A stretch of 64,000 nucleotides of DNA from Mobula hypostoma (taxonomy: Eukaryota). Location: the NCBI RefSeq assembly GCF_963921235.1, contig NC_086118.1, positions 22,012,001-22,076,000 on the forward strand, read 5' to 3'. Each line of letters starts with the position of its first letter. Position 1 is the first letter of the stretch. Of the stretch, positions 10,774-23,245 are shown in pieces. A model generated the notes under the pieces. That model was not told the DNA's origin. It did not search any database and saw nothing but the letters and a program-made list of their open reading frames with translations. Position numbers and translations under genes: made by a program.

Positions 10774-12030
10774 CCAAGGCAAACAGACACAACTTCATAT
10801 ACTGCAACAACAACGACCAAAACTTTTGAAAGCAACACACAATTCTCTGCCTGTTTCCAAGATATAACAGGATTTAACACGAGTTTTTGCAGAACTCCTC
10901 AGCTTTGGAAGGGAAGACTGAAATCTCAACACCAGGTCTGGGGGTAGAAGGTAAAGGGTAAAAAGTTGTAATTTTGTAAGCAGAATCCTATGCAGGTACA
11001 TTGTGCAGTTAATCCATCTGATTAATTTCTTCCTCAAAGTACTTGTCATGTTTGTGAACTCTGTCTGGTCCCATGAATAAGTTATTGCTCTTAGTGAGTA
11101 TGTTATATATCATGTATTCAAATATTTAGCCTAGCAAATTCTCAGCTAGGCATTAACGTTGATTAATCAGTACAAGCCCAATCCATTTGCAATTCATACT
11201 TTAATAATCCAGGAAAGAAGCCAAGTTTAGATAAACTTTGTCTTATTGGGTTACTGGTTTCCTGTGAAAGCAGAAAGGGAAAATACAGCTCAGGAATTTG
11301 ACTCTCTTAGCACACCTGGCAACTTTGGGATTTAGCTGAGTCTGAGAGCTTTCATGTTGCAGTCTCTTTAGACAACACTGGCAACAATGTCCAGTTCCGA
11401 AGCATTTTTAATAGCTAGGGGCCACATCCGGAGAATTCCCTGCTATCATGTGCCAAAAATACTCTGGCTCTCATAATGCATCATGTGTTTCACAACTGCT
11501 TGTGTTTTAATTTTGACGGACATGATGCAGCTCAGTGTGAGCTTCTGTTCATGTTCTTTTTGCAGGCAGACCTGCTATTTACTTTCTCTGACATGCATAA
11601 TTAGCAATTTACTCCTAGCACAGAATTCATTTGGAGACATTTACATCTCTGATCAGAATAGTCTACTCTAGCTTCATATATGGTCTTGGAGAGAAACAGA
11701 TCTGTGATGTTTAGAAGTGCTTAGAAGTGTAGAGTTCAATTTATTTATGCATTGGATTTACATTTCATTTAAGTGCCTTCTTGAGTTACATAAAGAAGTT
11801 AATGTTATATTGTTAAACATGCTGTAGTTCTCTTTCACACTTATGGTTATGCTGTGCTGTGTTCTGTATTGGCTGTTCACTTTTATGTGGGATAGTATAT
11901 TAATGGCTTGCTTCATAAGTAGACCCTGGGTGGGTAAAAGCTCCTGCAACCTGGATTTAATCCTGATTTCCATGCTGGCTGTATGGAGGCTGCTTATCTT
12001 CCCTGCGACTGCATGAGTTTTCTCTCTCAA

Positions 12031-12717
12031 GGAGGAGGAGAAGATGGCGGCGCGATGCAGCTTGCGCGGCCACTCTGCTGAATGATATCCGTAATCTGTC
12101 AAGTAGGGTGCCGTGCACAATCCTGATTTGATGGAGACAGATGTGAGGGAACGGAGGAACGTCTGGAGGAAGTTCTGAAATGCCTTTTTCGCTGCCACTG
12201 TTACTGTATGATCCCGAATCTCCAGAGGGGAAGGCCCCGAATCCTCGGCTTTGCTTGTTTCTCGGCGGCCGGGGCAGGGTCGAAGCTCTCGGCAGAGATG
12301 GTGCTCGGTGCTCGGTGTCGAAAGGCTGGTCGGAGGCTTGAAGTTTTCGGACGGACTCAGAGTCAGCTGTGATCAGGTGCTTCCAATGCATCGACAGTTG
12401 TCGGTGCCTGGAGGTTTATGGCAGAGAGAGTTTCTCCTTCTGCCGCCTGCTATTGGGGACTTTCGGAGGTTGATCGGAACTTTGAGACTTTTTTTTACCT
12501 TTCCCATGGTCTGTTCTTTATCAAATTGTGGTATTGCTTTGCACTGCTGTAACTATATGTTATAATTATTTGGTCTTGTCAGTGTTAGTCTTTGGTTTGT
12601 CCTTTTTTTTGTGATATCATCTGGAGGAACATTGCATCATTTCTTAATGCATGCATTCATTTCTAAATGACAATAAATGAGGACTGAGTGTCCTCACAAT
12701 CTAATCTAATCTAATCA
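12031..12717 (+). mobile_element. Non-autonomous retroposon (CpG-rich head with YY1-like AAGATGGCGGC, LINE-like tail ending in ATCTA repeats)
   Basis: A second copy lies at 51395-52012. Tail reads TGACAATAAA...AATCTAATCTAATC. No tRNA A/B boxes seen. Confidence 0.8.
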
Positions 12718-12904
12718 ACCCAGAAATGCCTACTGCAAATTGCTGCTGGTGTGAGATGGGTCGTAAAGAGTGGGGAGATAAGATCATGGTGAATATTAGT
12801 AGGGGATAGGAATGATCTGTGAGCTCAGAGTGCTGATTGAGTTCCTATTGTGTTATTTATTTATATATATAATTTATCTATCTACCTATCTATCTGTACC
12901 TTTA

Positions 12905-13170
12905 TTTATTTATTTAATTTATTTATTTGAGATACAGCATGGAGTAGACCCTTCCACCCTTCGAGCCACACTGCCCAGCAACGCCCGATTTAACCCTAGA
13001 CTAATCACAGGACAATTTACAATGACCGGTTAGCCGATCAATTGGAATGTCTTTGGACTGTGGGAGGAAATCAGAGCACCTGGAGAAAACCCACACGGTC
13101 ACGGGGAGAATGTACAAACGTCACCCAGGCATTGGCTGGATTTGAACTTGGGTCATGCTAACCACCCAGC
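12905..13170 (-). mobile_element. V-domain SINE (HE1-like)
   Basis: Reverse complement contains TTTGTACATTCTCCCCGTGACCGTGTGGGTTTTCTCC and a CR1-like tail with AAAT repeats. Confidence 0.8.
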
Positions 13171-14227
13171 TTTATATTATTAGGAAATATAATAATAAAG
13201 TATAATATAAAATGTCGTCAAACAACTGACACTGGGGAATCAACTGACACCAGGGACCCTCCAAAGTGCAAGTGGATGACTGACATTTTCTTTATTCAAT
13301 CTTTTCGCTTTAGGATTTGGGTTATTAAAGAAAGTGATTAGAGATTACTCAGGAAATGGAAATATAACTTCCAAGTAATTCTGACTCTCCTAGAACTGCT
13401 AAATATTGAATAATATGAAGGAAGAATAGAAAGAATCAATCTGATTTCTTCCAGTTATTTTAAAAATTATTGAAACCCAGGGATAATTAATTTATCACCT
13501 GCATGCAGAGATGATCATTATCTGCATGTTAATGCTAATTATGATTCATGATTTATTTTTTGCCTGACAGCAGGCAAGTGTTTCCTTTTCTTGTATATCA
13601 CCCATAATATTAACTTTTCATTAAAAGCCATGTATGAGGTTAGTTGTAGTAATAACACCCTACAGAGTTCCATATAGGCCAAGAATTGAACTTGTGACCT
13701 TCCTGCTGCTTTCTGTCTGTAGTTATGAATATGTTATGAATTTGAGCAGTTTGAAGAATAAAGAGTGCAGATTATATCATATTCTTGGTATTTGAGTATA
13801 TTATTGTGAAAAAGCAGGTTTTGAATTATTTTACATTTAATGTACACCAAGCACTACTGTCAGGCTGAATTTTAGTCTTCGACACAAGGAAGCATGACTC
13901 AAATTAAAACTGCTTAAGGAGAACAAAGCTGAGCAAATCAGCCACTTGGGGGAGCAAGCAGCTCATCTATGAAAACGACAAACTACATGACAGATAGTGT
14001 AATAAGCAATGCAGATTTAATTTCCTCCAAAGCTTGCAGTACCTGAGACTTGTGCTCACTTGTACTTTGTCCTTCTGCTTCTCTTCCCAGTGTAGATTTA
14101 CCTGTAAAATGGGACTACTGATTAGACTGAAAAAAATAGGCAGCGAAAGTGTTGAATAATTTCAAGATGATGTGAGAAGTCCCCATTAAGTCTTTTTTCC
14201 CTAGGTGAGAGGTAGCTGTGATTCAAA

Positions 14228-14685
14228 AGATTTACTTTACTTTATTGTTGCCAAACAATTGATACTAGAGCGCACAATCATCACAGCGATATTTGACTCT
14301 GCGCTTTGCGCTCCCTTGAGTACAAATCGATAGTAAATATTTAAAATTTAAATTATAAATCATAAATAGAAAATAGAAAATGGAAAGTAAGGTAGTGCAA
14401 AAAACCGAGAGGCAGGTCCGGATATTTGGAGGGTACGGCCCAGATCCGGGTCAGGATCCATTCAGCAGTCTTATCACAGTTGGAGAGAAGCTGTTCCCAA
14501 ATCTGGCCGTACGAGTCTTCAAGCTCCTGAGCCTTCTCCCGGAGGGAAGACGGACGAAAAGTGTGTTGGCTGGGTGGGTCGTGTCCTTGATTATCCTGGC
14601 AGCACTGCGCCGACAGCGTGCCGTGTAAAGTGAGTCCAAGGACAGAAGATTGGTTTGTGCAATGTGCTGGGCTGTGCTCACGATC
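14228..14685 (-). mobile_element. Rex1-type LINE 3' fragment
   Basis: RIIKDTTHPANTLFVRLPSGRRLRSLKTRTARFGNSFSPTVIRLLN is a Rex1 C-terminus. The 3' UTR is shared with 37255-37518. Confidence 0.85.
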
Positions 14686-15056
14686 AGATTCAAGGTACAG
14701 TGCAGTATACAACTCTGAGATTTGTCTTCCCCAAAGGCAGTCACGAAACAAAGAAGAGGCATGGAACCCATTCAAAGATAAAAAACACATCAAGCCCACC
14801 TCCCCGATACACAAACAAAAATTGCGCAAATGGCATCAAAAAATGAGTGAAAACATAGAACATAAATCCCAAAATCACAAGGCATTCTTCAGTTCAGCTC
14901 AGTGTTCATAATCTGCAGGCTACCCTGATTCAAATATTGCCCAAATTAGCAACAAAAGAGAGCGACCAAAAACTAGAACCCCTAATAAATGTATACTAGA
15001 GTGCACAATCAACAAAGCGTATTGATTAAACCTTGCTCTGGCATCATTCTCTGACA

Positions 15057-15087
<31 letters not shown>

Positions 15088-15170
15088 ACATTTAAACACA
15101 AGGACCTTCACTTGGGAGCAGCAAGAAAGAGAAAAAGGCTGTCACTCACAGAGGTTAGCCCCAGGTAAGA
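14686..15170 (-). mobile_element. Non-autonomous LINE-tailed retroposon remnant containing a (GA)n tract
   Basis: The tail AGACAAATCTCAGAGTTGTATA...TTGAATC resembles 25235-25305. The far boundary is uncertain. Confidence 0.5.
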
Positions 15171-15220
15171 TTGCCTGCCACAACCTGGACGAGAAATTAA
15201 AAAAATACTTTCATCTGCAG

Positions 15221-16296
15221 AAACAAGAATCTCTGAAGATACTGGAATCTGGAGTAACAAAATATTTGCTGGAAGAACTCAATGGGTCAAGCAGCATGTG
15301 TGGGAGGAAATGACTTATCAACGTTGAGGGACTATTCCTTCTGTGATTCCATGGTCCACCCTTGCCTGCACACCCATCTTTATCTGACCCAAGGCACTTC
15401 CCCTGTGCTCACAGTACATGACACACACTTGGCCTTGCAGCTACCTCACCACCATCCAGGGACCTAAACGGTCTTTCCATGTGAGGCAAAGCTCCAGATG
15501 CATCTCCCCAGTCTGATGCACTTAGTGCTCCTGATGTAACCTCCCTAACATCAGTGACCGTTTTGCAGAAAACAGATGCTCAGTCTGCAATGGTCATCTG
15601 GAACTCCAAGTTGCGGATCACTTCAACTCCCCTTCCCAATCCCACACTGACTTTCCTGTCCTTGGCCTTCTCTCCTGCCAGGATGAAGCTCAACTCTAAC
15701 TGGAGGAACAACACCTTTTATATAGAATATTGAGTTTTCCAACTTGACGTTACCTCTTCCCCACCCCCACCCTCCATCTCTCCTCCTGATCCTCTGCTCC
15801 TCTTATTTTTGTTCTCTTTCCCACATGATCCCTAGCCCACTTCACCCATCTTTATTCCTCTCCCCCATCTATTTCCTCTGCCGTTTACCAAAATGATTGT
15901 TGTTCTCACTTCCTTTACTTATCTGAATCCGATGCCTGTCTCCTTGCTTACCTCCTCCTGACCCCTATTTTCACACATCCCTCCAACAACCTTGCTCCAT
16001 CTGCTTTTTCATCTCTCTTCCTCCCTCTATCACTTATCTGCCAAAGTCTTCCAGCTCCACACCTGCTCACCTACCTGGTATCTGGAACCACCTGCCTATC
16101 ATCTTACACCCCTCCTCAGTTCACTAATCACTTCAGAACCCATTCTTGCCACTTTCCACCTCGTCTTTACACTGGCTGTCTCACCTCTCCACTCTCAGTC
16201 CTGACACAGGGTTTCGACCCAAAATGTCAAAAATTCCTTTCCTCCCACAGATGCTGCTTGACCCACTAAATTCTTCCAGCACTTTGTTGCTTTTGT
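15221..16296 (+). mobile_element. Penelope-like element 3' fragment with inverted 5' segment
   Basis: 15221-15327 is an inverted copy of the element's own 3' end. It contains decayed GIY-YIG-region sequence (LEEQHL), a pyrimidine-rich 3' UTR and a hammerhead-like motif. TCTGCAG occurs on both flanks. Confidence 0.72.
16197..16232 (+). ncRNA. Degenerate minimal type-I hammerhead ribozyme motif
   Basis: AGTC-CTGACAC-A-GGGT-TTCG-ACCC-AAAA-TGTC: stem II is perfect but the core is mutated. Confidence 0.5.
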
Positions 16297-17220
16297 CTGC
16301 AGCTGGGTGACTCTGGGCCAAATGGAATATTAATTTGGCCATTATTATTATCAAGAACCTAAGCTAAGTAATTCCCTCCCTGAACCCTTGCTTCTTGGAT
16401 GGTTTGTTTTTACACCTACCCTTTTGACTCACCACTGATTGCCTTCTTGAGTCACCACTGATTTTTGTTTGATAATGCTCCTTTGATGCCTTTTACTCAT
16501 ACTGCACCATTACAGATATTGCATAAATGGGAGCAGTTCTTGCTGTTATTGCTGTTAAATGACTTGAACTCAATTCAGGGACTATCGGCTGCAAAGCTGA
16601 CACTGTAGCCAAAAGGCTTATCGACAAGCCGGAAGGGAATTCAAAACCTTTCTCTAGGGTGAATTCTTTTGTTTGTGGCAGATGTTAACAGTTAACAGCA
16701 GTTTACCATTAAGACTTAATTATTTGTTGTCTGTTTCTGGCAGAGAATATTGTGAATAAAATGTTAATTCCACCAGTAAAATTCTGCTCAGTTGTGGAAA
16801 AGTCACATTTTGTTCAAAACCCCCATAATGGTTTGTATTCTTGTGTTCCAAGATTGGGATTTTTAAATTGGTAAATGCAAGAACATGGCTCCCAAGTTAA
16901 CAATGGACCAATAAAGCTGTAGCTGTAAATTTGACAGGTCCTATCAAATTTGTGTTTAAACAAGCCTTTAACACCATATTTTGTTTGATTCTGGAGCTTT
17001 TAGAGGCTGATTTAACTATTAAAACTGTTATAAACACTCATTGTGTTGGATTATTCTACAAATTGTTCTCAAAGGAAGCAAAGGCAGTTATCCATTATTT
17101 AGATTAGTTCAATAAAAGAGAGAATTCTGAAAATAATCTGCAAACCAGACAGCATCTGAGAGAGAAAAATACAGTTGACTATCTTTCTCCAGGACTTGGA
17201 TAAGTTAAGGGATATATTAT

Positions 17221-17620
17221 CTCCCCGTGACTGCATGTGGTTTCCTCCTGGTTAGCAGGTTAATCAGTCATTTTAAATTGTCCCCTGACTAAGCTAGGGT
17301 TAAATTGGGGGTTGGTGTGAAGCACAGCTATAAGGGCCTGAAGGGCCTATTTTGCTCTGTTTGAAGGTATAAGCAACGCTTCACAGTACACGTGCTGCCA
17401 CCTGTGGGGAGTTTGTACGTTCTCCCCGTGACCACGTGGGTTTCCCCCGAGTGCTCCAGTTCTCTCCCACAGTCCAAAGATGTTCCAGTTGATAGGTTCA
17501 TTGGTCAGTGTAAATTGTCCTGTGATTAGGCTAGGGTTAAATCGAGGGTTGCAGGGTGGTGCGGCTCGAAGGGCCGGAAATGCCTATTCTACACCGTATC
17601 TCAATAAATAAATCAATAAA
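17221..17620 (+). mobile_element. Two adjacent V-domain SINE (HE1-like) fragments
   Basis: GAGTTTGTACGTTCTCCCCGTGACC core at about 17410 and a tail GGGCCGGAAATGCCTATTCT...AATAAATAAAT. A similar, more decayed unit lies at 17221-17365. Confidence 0.8.
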
Positions 17621-17739
17621 GATAGAAACGGTAGATAATATAGCAAATTGGAGAGCTATGCAGAAGGGAAGAGTTAGGTTGATCTTAGAGTAGGTTAAAA
17701 GGTCGGCAAAACATCATGGCTGTTCTATGTTCTACATGT

Positions 17740-18200
17740 GAGGAAAAGCAGGGAGAGTAGAGACAAGGTTCTACGATACGATGGAAGACAAGAGAAATTG
17801 AATGATCCATGAGATGGCAGCTGAAGGAGAAAGATAAGACAATGTATGAGTAGTGAGGTGAATCAGTTATGAAATAATTAAAAGAGAGAAGAAATGATGC
17901 TGACTAAGGACTGTAATGTGTTTAGATGGATGGAAATGCATTGTAATTCCAGCTTGATTTGAGGGAACCTGAAGAAATCTGAGTAGGTCGACGACAGAAC
18001 GTCAAACTTACATGTGATTGTTAACTCAGAATATTGCCTCCAGAATAAATCAAAGTAATCCATGTAATGGTCACCCAGTCAGCCTTCAGTTTCAAGAAAC
18101 CGCACTGTAACTGAAGATGTCTAAGTAGATCCCTATTTCACCAGCAAAGAGGTATGACTGTGGAGGAACACATATTGTCACAGCAAAGCAGAATATCTCA
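17740..18200 (-). mobile_element. Highly decayed Penelope-like fragment
   Basis: Purine-rich stretch on + plus a minus-strand ET..RLGD-like segment similar to the other PLE copies. Confidence 0.4.
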
Positions 18201-18588
18201 CAATGGTCACTTCCTCTGAAATGCTGGTGGAAATGGAAACTGAACTAGATCTTGCCAAGAGGCAAGGTTTCTTCAGAATACTGAAAGCAGTTAGGTTACT
18301 TCAGCAGTTTCTCCCAAATTCAAAAACCCTGCTATCCAGAAGAATAAGATTAGCAACAGTAGGGGAACTCCGTGATCTGCAGCTTCCGCCCCAAGATGCA
18401 CATTATTCTGGCTTAATTTTCCTTCATAATTACTGGATCTAAAACCTAAAACCTGGAACAGATCTTCAACAGAAAGACTGTTTACCACTAACCTTTCATC
18501 GGCATTGAAAGGAATGATCAATAAATTATTGTTTTTCATATCTATAAAATGAATCAAGAACTATTCTGTGTGACAATAATTGCTCTTA

Positions 18589-19145
18589 CACTCAGTGGCC
18601 ACCTTACATCTGCTCGTTAATGCAAATATTTAATCATCCAATCATGTAGCAGCAACTAATGCATAAAAGCATGCAGACATGGTCAATAGGTTCAGTTGTT
18701 GTTCAGATCAAATGTCAGAATGGGGAAGAAATGTGAACTAAGTGACTCTGACCTTTGAATTATTGTTGGTGCCAGACGGGGTGGTTTCAGTATCTCAGAA
18801 ACTGCGGATCTCTTGGGAATTACATGCACAGCAGTCTCCAGAGTTTACCAACAATGGTGCTATAAAACAGAGAAAAAAAACGTACAGTGAGCAGCAGTTT
18901 TGTGGGCCAAAGTGCCTTGTTAATGAGAGAGGTCAGAGGAGAATGGCCAGACTGGTTCAAACTGACAGGAAGGCAACAGTAACTCAAATAGCCACACGTT
19001 GCTACAGTGGCGTGCAGAGAGCATCTCTGAACACACAGCAAACCTTGAAACTTGAAGTGAGTGGGCTGGAGCCGCATACCATGAAAACACTCTCTGAGGC
19101 CACTTTATTAGTCACAGCAGGTACCTAATAAATTGATACTGAGTG
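18589..19145 (+). mobile_element. Tc1-derived MITE, full copy
   Basis: TA-flanked, CACTCAGTGGCCAC...ACTGAGTG termini. The interior encodes a Tc1 DNA-binding remnant (ERGQRRMARLVQTDRKATVTQI). Confidence 0.87.
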
Positions 19146-20749
19146 TATATGGCAAAAATTATAGTTCCTATAAAATGAAAAATATACCACTTCAGTTGGT
19201 GGTATCCCATTAAAAAATTCTTGCAATTCAAAAATACTTTGTTTCCCTAATCTTTCTTCACTATTAGATTATTTTTAAATGCAGAAGCAATAGCGGGCCA
19301 CACAATCTTAATGCAGAAAAGTAGACGCCCCCCCCAACACTTAAAATTGCCTTGTTTCTGTTAATAATCTCTATTGCTTCGACTCAGATTTACATTTTGA
19401 CTAAGTATTATCTGGACATCCCTTAGTGTGGAACATATTTCTCCAAGGGATGAACGTGAAATCTGAAAGCAACTGAGTACAAAGCAGCCTGTGAAGGGAA
19501 ACATCCCATCTCCTTCGATGCAGTTGATATATATCGATACTTATTGACCCAGTAATGAAATATTTAATGTTCATTAAGGTTAGGTGGATTAAATAATGTC
19601 ATAAACTTTGAAGTACCTTGATGGAAAGTTCATAAGAAACTGCTAGTTATTTCATAATATCATAGCTACCATTGTAAAGCAGCTGTCAAAATAGAAGGGA
19701 GGGATTAAACTCTCTTCCTTGTGCATAGTTGAATTATTTTGCATAAAATTGCTTCTAAAGCAGTTGGTGATCCGTTTACCGTGTTAAAATATTTGAACAG
19801 ATCAGGAAATCTATTAGTAAAGAAAACTAATCTCATCCACACTCTGGATTACCTCGGGGCTGTTTCCATTTACTGTGAGAAACTTGTAACATTACACAAC
19901 TCTTTACCTGAAAGTCAATGATTCCATATCTAAACTTCTCCAAACCTTTCACTATCACCTCACTGTTTGAAGATGCATGAATTTTCTTGCATTTCCCTGT
20001 GGAGGAGCCTTTCCAGGACTGAACTGAAACTGGTTCCATTTACCTTTCGATGGTGTCCTGAATCGAAGTGCCTGGAAGATATACTGTTGAGTTGCAGTGA
20101 TTTTCTTTCCTAATGCAAAGTCTCAGTCAGCTTTTGGTGCTACAAAAAGGAAAAAAGTTTTGATCAGGGATTTGTCATATGGGGATTATACACACAAAAC
20201 AACATCCTCTCAGTTCCAAACTTGTGTCACTCTTGATACTTAAAGCTGCAGTCTCCTGAGCAACACAGTAACGGTGCCAAGGCTATGTGGAAGATGTGTG
20301 TACACAGCTTTTATTTAGCCTTTTTGTGCGGACTCTACTGGGCAGACGGGGGAAAGTGGATCTTCGAACGATGTCCTAGTCTTCCAGAGAAATCATATGA
20401 AATAACTACTGTCTGCTCTCTTGGGTGATCCGAATACAGAAGAAAACTGGAGACTTTTAGCACAGATACTATAGGAAATCAAGCTGAAATGCACTGACAG
20501 TTTGTGATAGCACTGGATCAGTGGAGGGGAAAGAATACACAGTTAATTCATCTCCCATTCACTAGCAGCAAGCGTTGAGATATGTAGTTGAATTAAGTGA
20601 AGTCTGAGGATTCGTTTCAATCAAACCTGTTTCAGGGCAGTTTTTGCCAGGAGACCACTGTTACATACTTTCTAACCCAATGATTCAATTCACCGTGAAA
20701 TGTCAAGATAGCAACAGACCGTTCAGCTCTTCAAACTTGTCCCACAATT

Positions 20750-20836
20750 CAAAAGTTGCTGGTGAACGCAGCAGGCATTCACCAGCAACTTTTATGTGTG
20801 TTGCTTGAAATTCTAGCATCTGCAGATTTCCTCGTG
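20750..20836 (+). mobile_element. 87-bp 5'-inverted Penelope-like tail insertion
   Basis: Perfect 13-bp TSD TTGTCCCACAATT (20737-20749 and 20837-20849). Internal 16-bp inverted repeat at 20751-20766/20778-20793. The tail matches 41505-41550. Confidence 0.85.
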
Positions 20837-21959
20837 TTGTCCCACAATTTACTCAGTTTGTGTGGCAGACCTGAACTTGATCTCTGTCTTTGATTTGAAT
20901 CTTATGGTTCCCTTAATGATCAGAAATCTTAGATTTTGGTCTTAACTGTTTCAACTAACTCAACATGTATGAAAGTGGTCTTCAGTTTCCTACTTTGTGT
21001 TGACAAAATGCTTCCCAACTGCATTCCTCAAAAAGCTAACAGTGATTTTAAGGCAGTTCATTTGCACCTTTACCAATATGACTGCTTACCTTAATCTAAT
21101 CTACATCATAAAACAGACCCAAACGTATGTTCAGAAAACTATAGGACCTCTGTCTAACTTAAAAATGTGTTGAGTTATTTTTTACAGCATGAGATAAATC
21201 AATATGTTATATTTGAAAGGTTAGGTTGTCAAATCTGTCAGAGGACATACTGGCAGGAGGAAACCAGGGAAAGGGTAGAAATTTTAGTAAAAGAGCCAGT
21301 GTACCCCAGTGTTTGAAAAACAAACTGAAACATTTAGAACATGGCTTGAAGCATGATAGAGTTCCAGCTAATATTTTCCAGGTGTAATGCCAAAGAAGCA
21401 GGCTCCACTTATACAATGGGACTGGCCCCAATAATCATTGTGACCCCTCCAGTGTGAAGCCAAGTTTGGCAGGGCCACAAAGAACTTCTCTTGGTGCTCC
21501 TTTTGTAAGCAGTTCGGTGACAGGTCTGCATGCAGGAAAGTGATCTTAAATCTTGCAAATGCATTTCCAAAGGAAAAATTGGCCAAAAAATGTTTTTTTC
21601 TCTGAAAAAAAACCTGATATAATAATAATGTATTTGTTGTCATTATCTGATGCAAGATGAGTTCCAAGGGAAAGAAAATTGAACAGTATGGACATTGTAT
21701 TCCATGATTAGGATTGTGATTCTGAAGATTCATCCACATAAAATGTGATTTCATATGCCAGAAGAGGTACTGCCAGTTTTGCAACTGTGAGTTATTTTGG
21801 GACTGATTTGTAACCGATGAAGGGGAGTCAGCATGGATTTCACTACTTGAGTAAAAGCCATAAGGCGAAATATTGGACAGGCATAAATAAGAAACAGATC
21901 CATATGCAGACTGAATGCTTTGCTGAACACTTCCACTCAGATTGCAATGGAAGCTTGAG

Positions 21960-22570
21960 TCTTTCTAATTTCGTGCCACTTTCCTGTCACTGCCAACTTC
22001 CTTTCAGTTTGCTCCCACTCTGATCGGTCTGTCTTTGTCCTCCTACACAGCTCCAGCAAAGCCCGATATAAACTCGAGGAGCAGCACCTCACCTTCTGAT
22101 TATGTACAGTATAGCCTTCTATGCTCAGCATCAAACTGAATGATTTCAGATCATCAGCAACTGCAGCCTCACACTATATACTTCCAGCATTCTCAAATCT
22201 TCCCTCTTTCTCTTTCATTCTATCATTCTCTCTTTTTCTCTCTTCTCTCCTTTTCTCTCTCTCTTTCTCTCTCTCATTCTGCCTTTCTCTTTTCTTCTCT
22301 CCCTCTCCCCTTCACCTTCTCCCTCTGTTCTGTACCCCTTACCACATATGTCTTTTATTATTCACTAATATTTACCACACTCTGACAGCCCCACCACTGA
22401 TGTTATTCAAATTCTCCTGTCTTCCACACATTCATAGATCTTCCTTCGTGTTCTCTCCACCCAACTTCACCTTCACAGCAGCTCAAAATTTTGAATCATT
22501 GAGTTTTAGATTATTTCAACTTTTTTCAATTCTGATTAATGGTGATTCAGGGACCATCTGCTGCCTGCTC
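21960..22570 (+). mobile_element. Decayed Penelope-like 3' fragment with CT-rich tract
   Basis: An LEEQHL motif near 22075 followed by a pyrimidine-rich UTR, as in 41000-41550. Confidence 0.6.
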
Positions 22571-22703
22571 TGCTGAATGCTTTCAACAATGTCTGACTTA
22601 GAACAATCCTCGGGGTTCATTTCCAAATGTACTGCAGCGGTCATTTGCCTGTCAAGGTAACATTCCCTGGTGTGACAGGTATGGTCGAACAATGGCGATG
22701 GTT

Positions 22704-23245
22704 TAAGATGTCTGAGGAAAGACATCCTTGCCATAGAGGGAGTACAAAGAAGGTTCACCAGATTGATTCCTGGGATGGCAGGACTTTCATATGAAGAAAG
22801 ACTGGATCGACTAGGCTTATACTCGCTGGAATTTAGAAGATTGAGGGGGGATCTTATTGAAACCTATAAAATTCCAAAGGGATTGGACAGGCTAGATGCA
22901 GGAAGATTGTTCCCGATGTCGGGGAAGTCCAGAACGAGGGGTCACAGTTTAAGGATAAAGGGGAAGCCTTTTAGGACCGAGATGAGGAGAAACTTCTTCA
23001 CACAGAGAGTGGTGAATCTGTGGAATTCTCAGCCACAGGAAACAGTTGAGGCCAGTTCATTGGTTATGTTTAAGAGGGAGTTAGATATGGCCCTTATGGT
23101 TAAAGGGATCAGGGGGTATGGAGAGAAAACAGGTACAGGGTTCTGAGTTAGATAATCAGCCATGATCATACTGAATGGCGCTGCAGGCTCAAAGGGCCGA
23201 ATGGCCTACTCCAGCACCTATTTTCTATGTTTCTATGTTTCTATA
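22704..23245 (+). mobile_element. CR1 LINE 3' fragment
   Basis: ORF 22763-23146 is the CR1 ORF2 C-terminus (YEERL..LGLYSLEFRRLRGDLIE...FFTQRVVNLWN). The tail consists of TTCTATGT repeats. Confidence 0.93.

Noticed and set aside
11758..12565. Overlapping 100-146 aa ORFs and CpG-island-like composition
   Set aside because: They overlap the GC-rich repeat that is duplicated at 51395, where the frames are not conserved.
16586..16630. Two small adjacent hairpins (GGCTGCA/TGTAGCC and GGCTT/AAGCC)
   Set aside because: They are too short to exceed chance and carry no recognisable RNA family motif.
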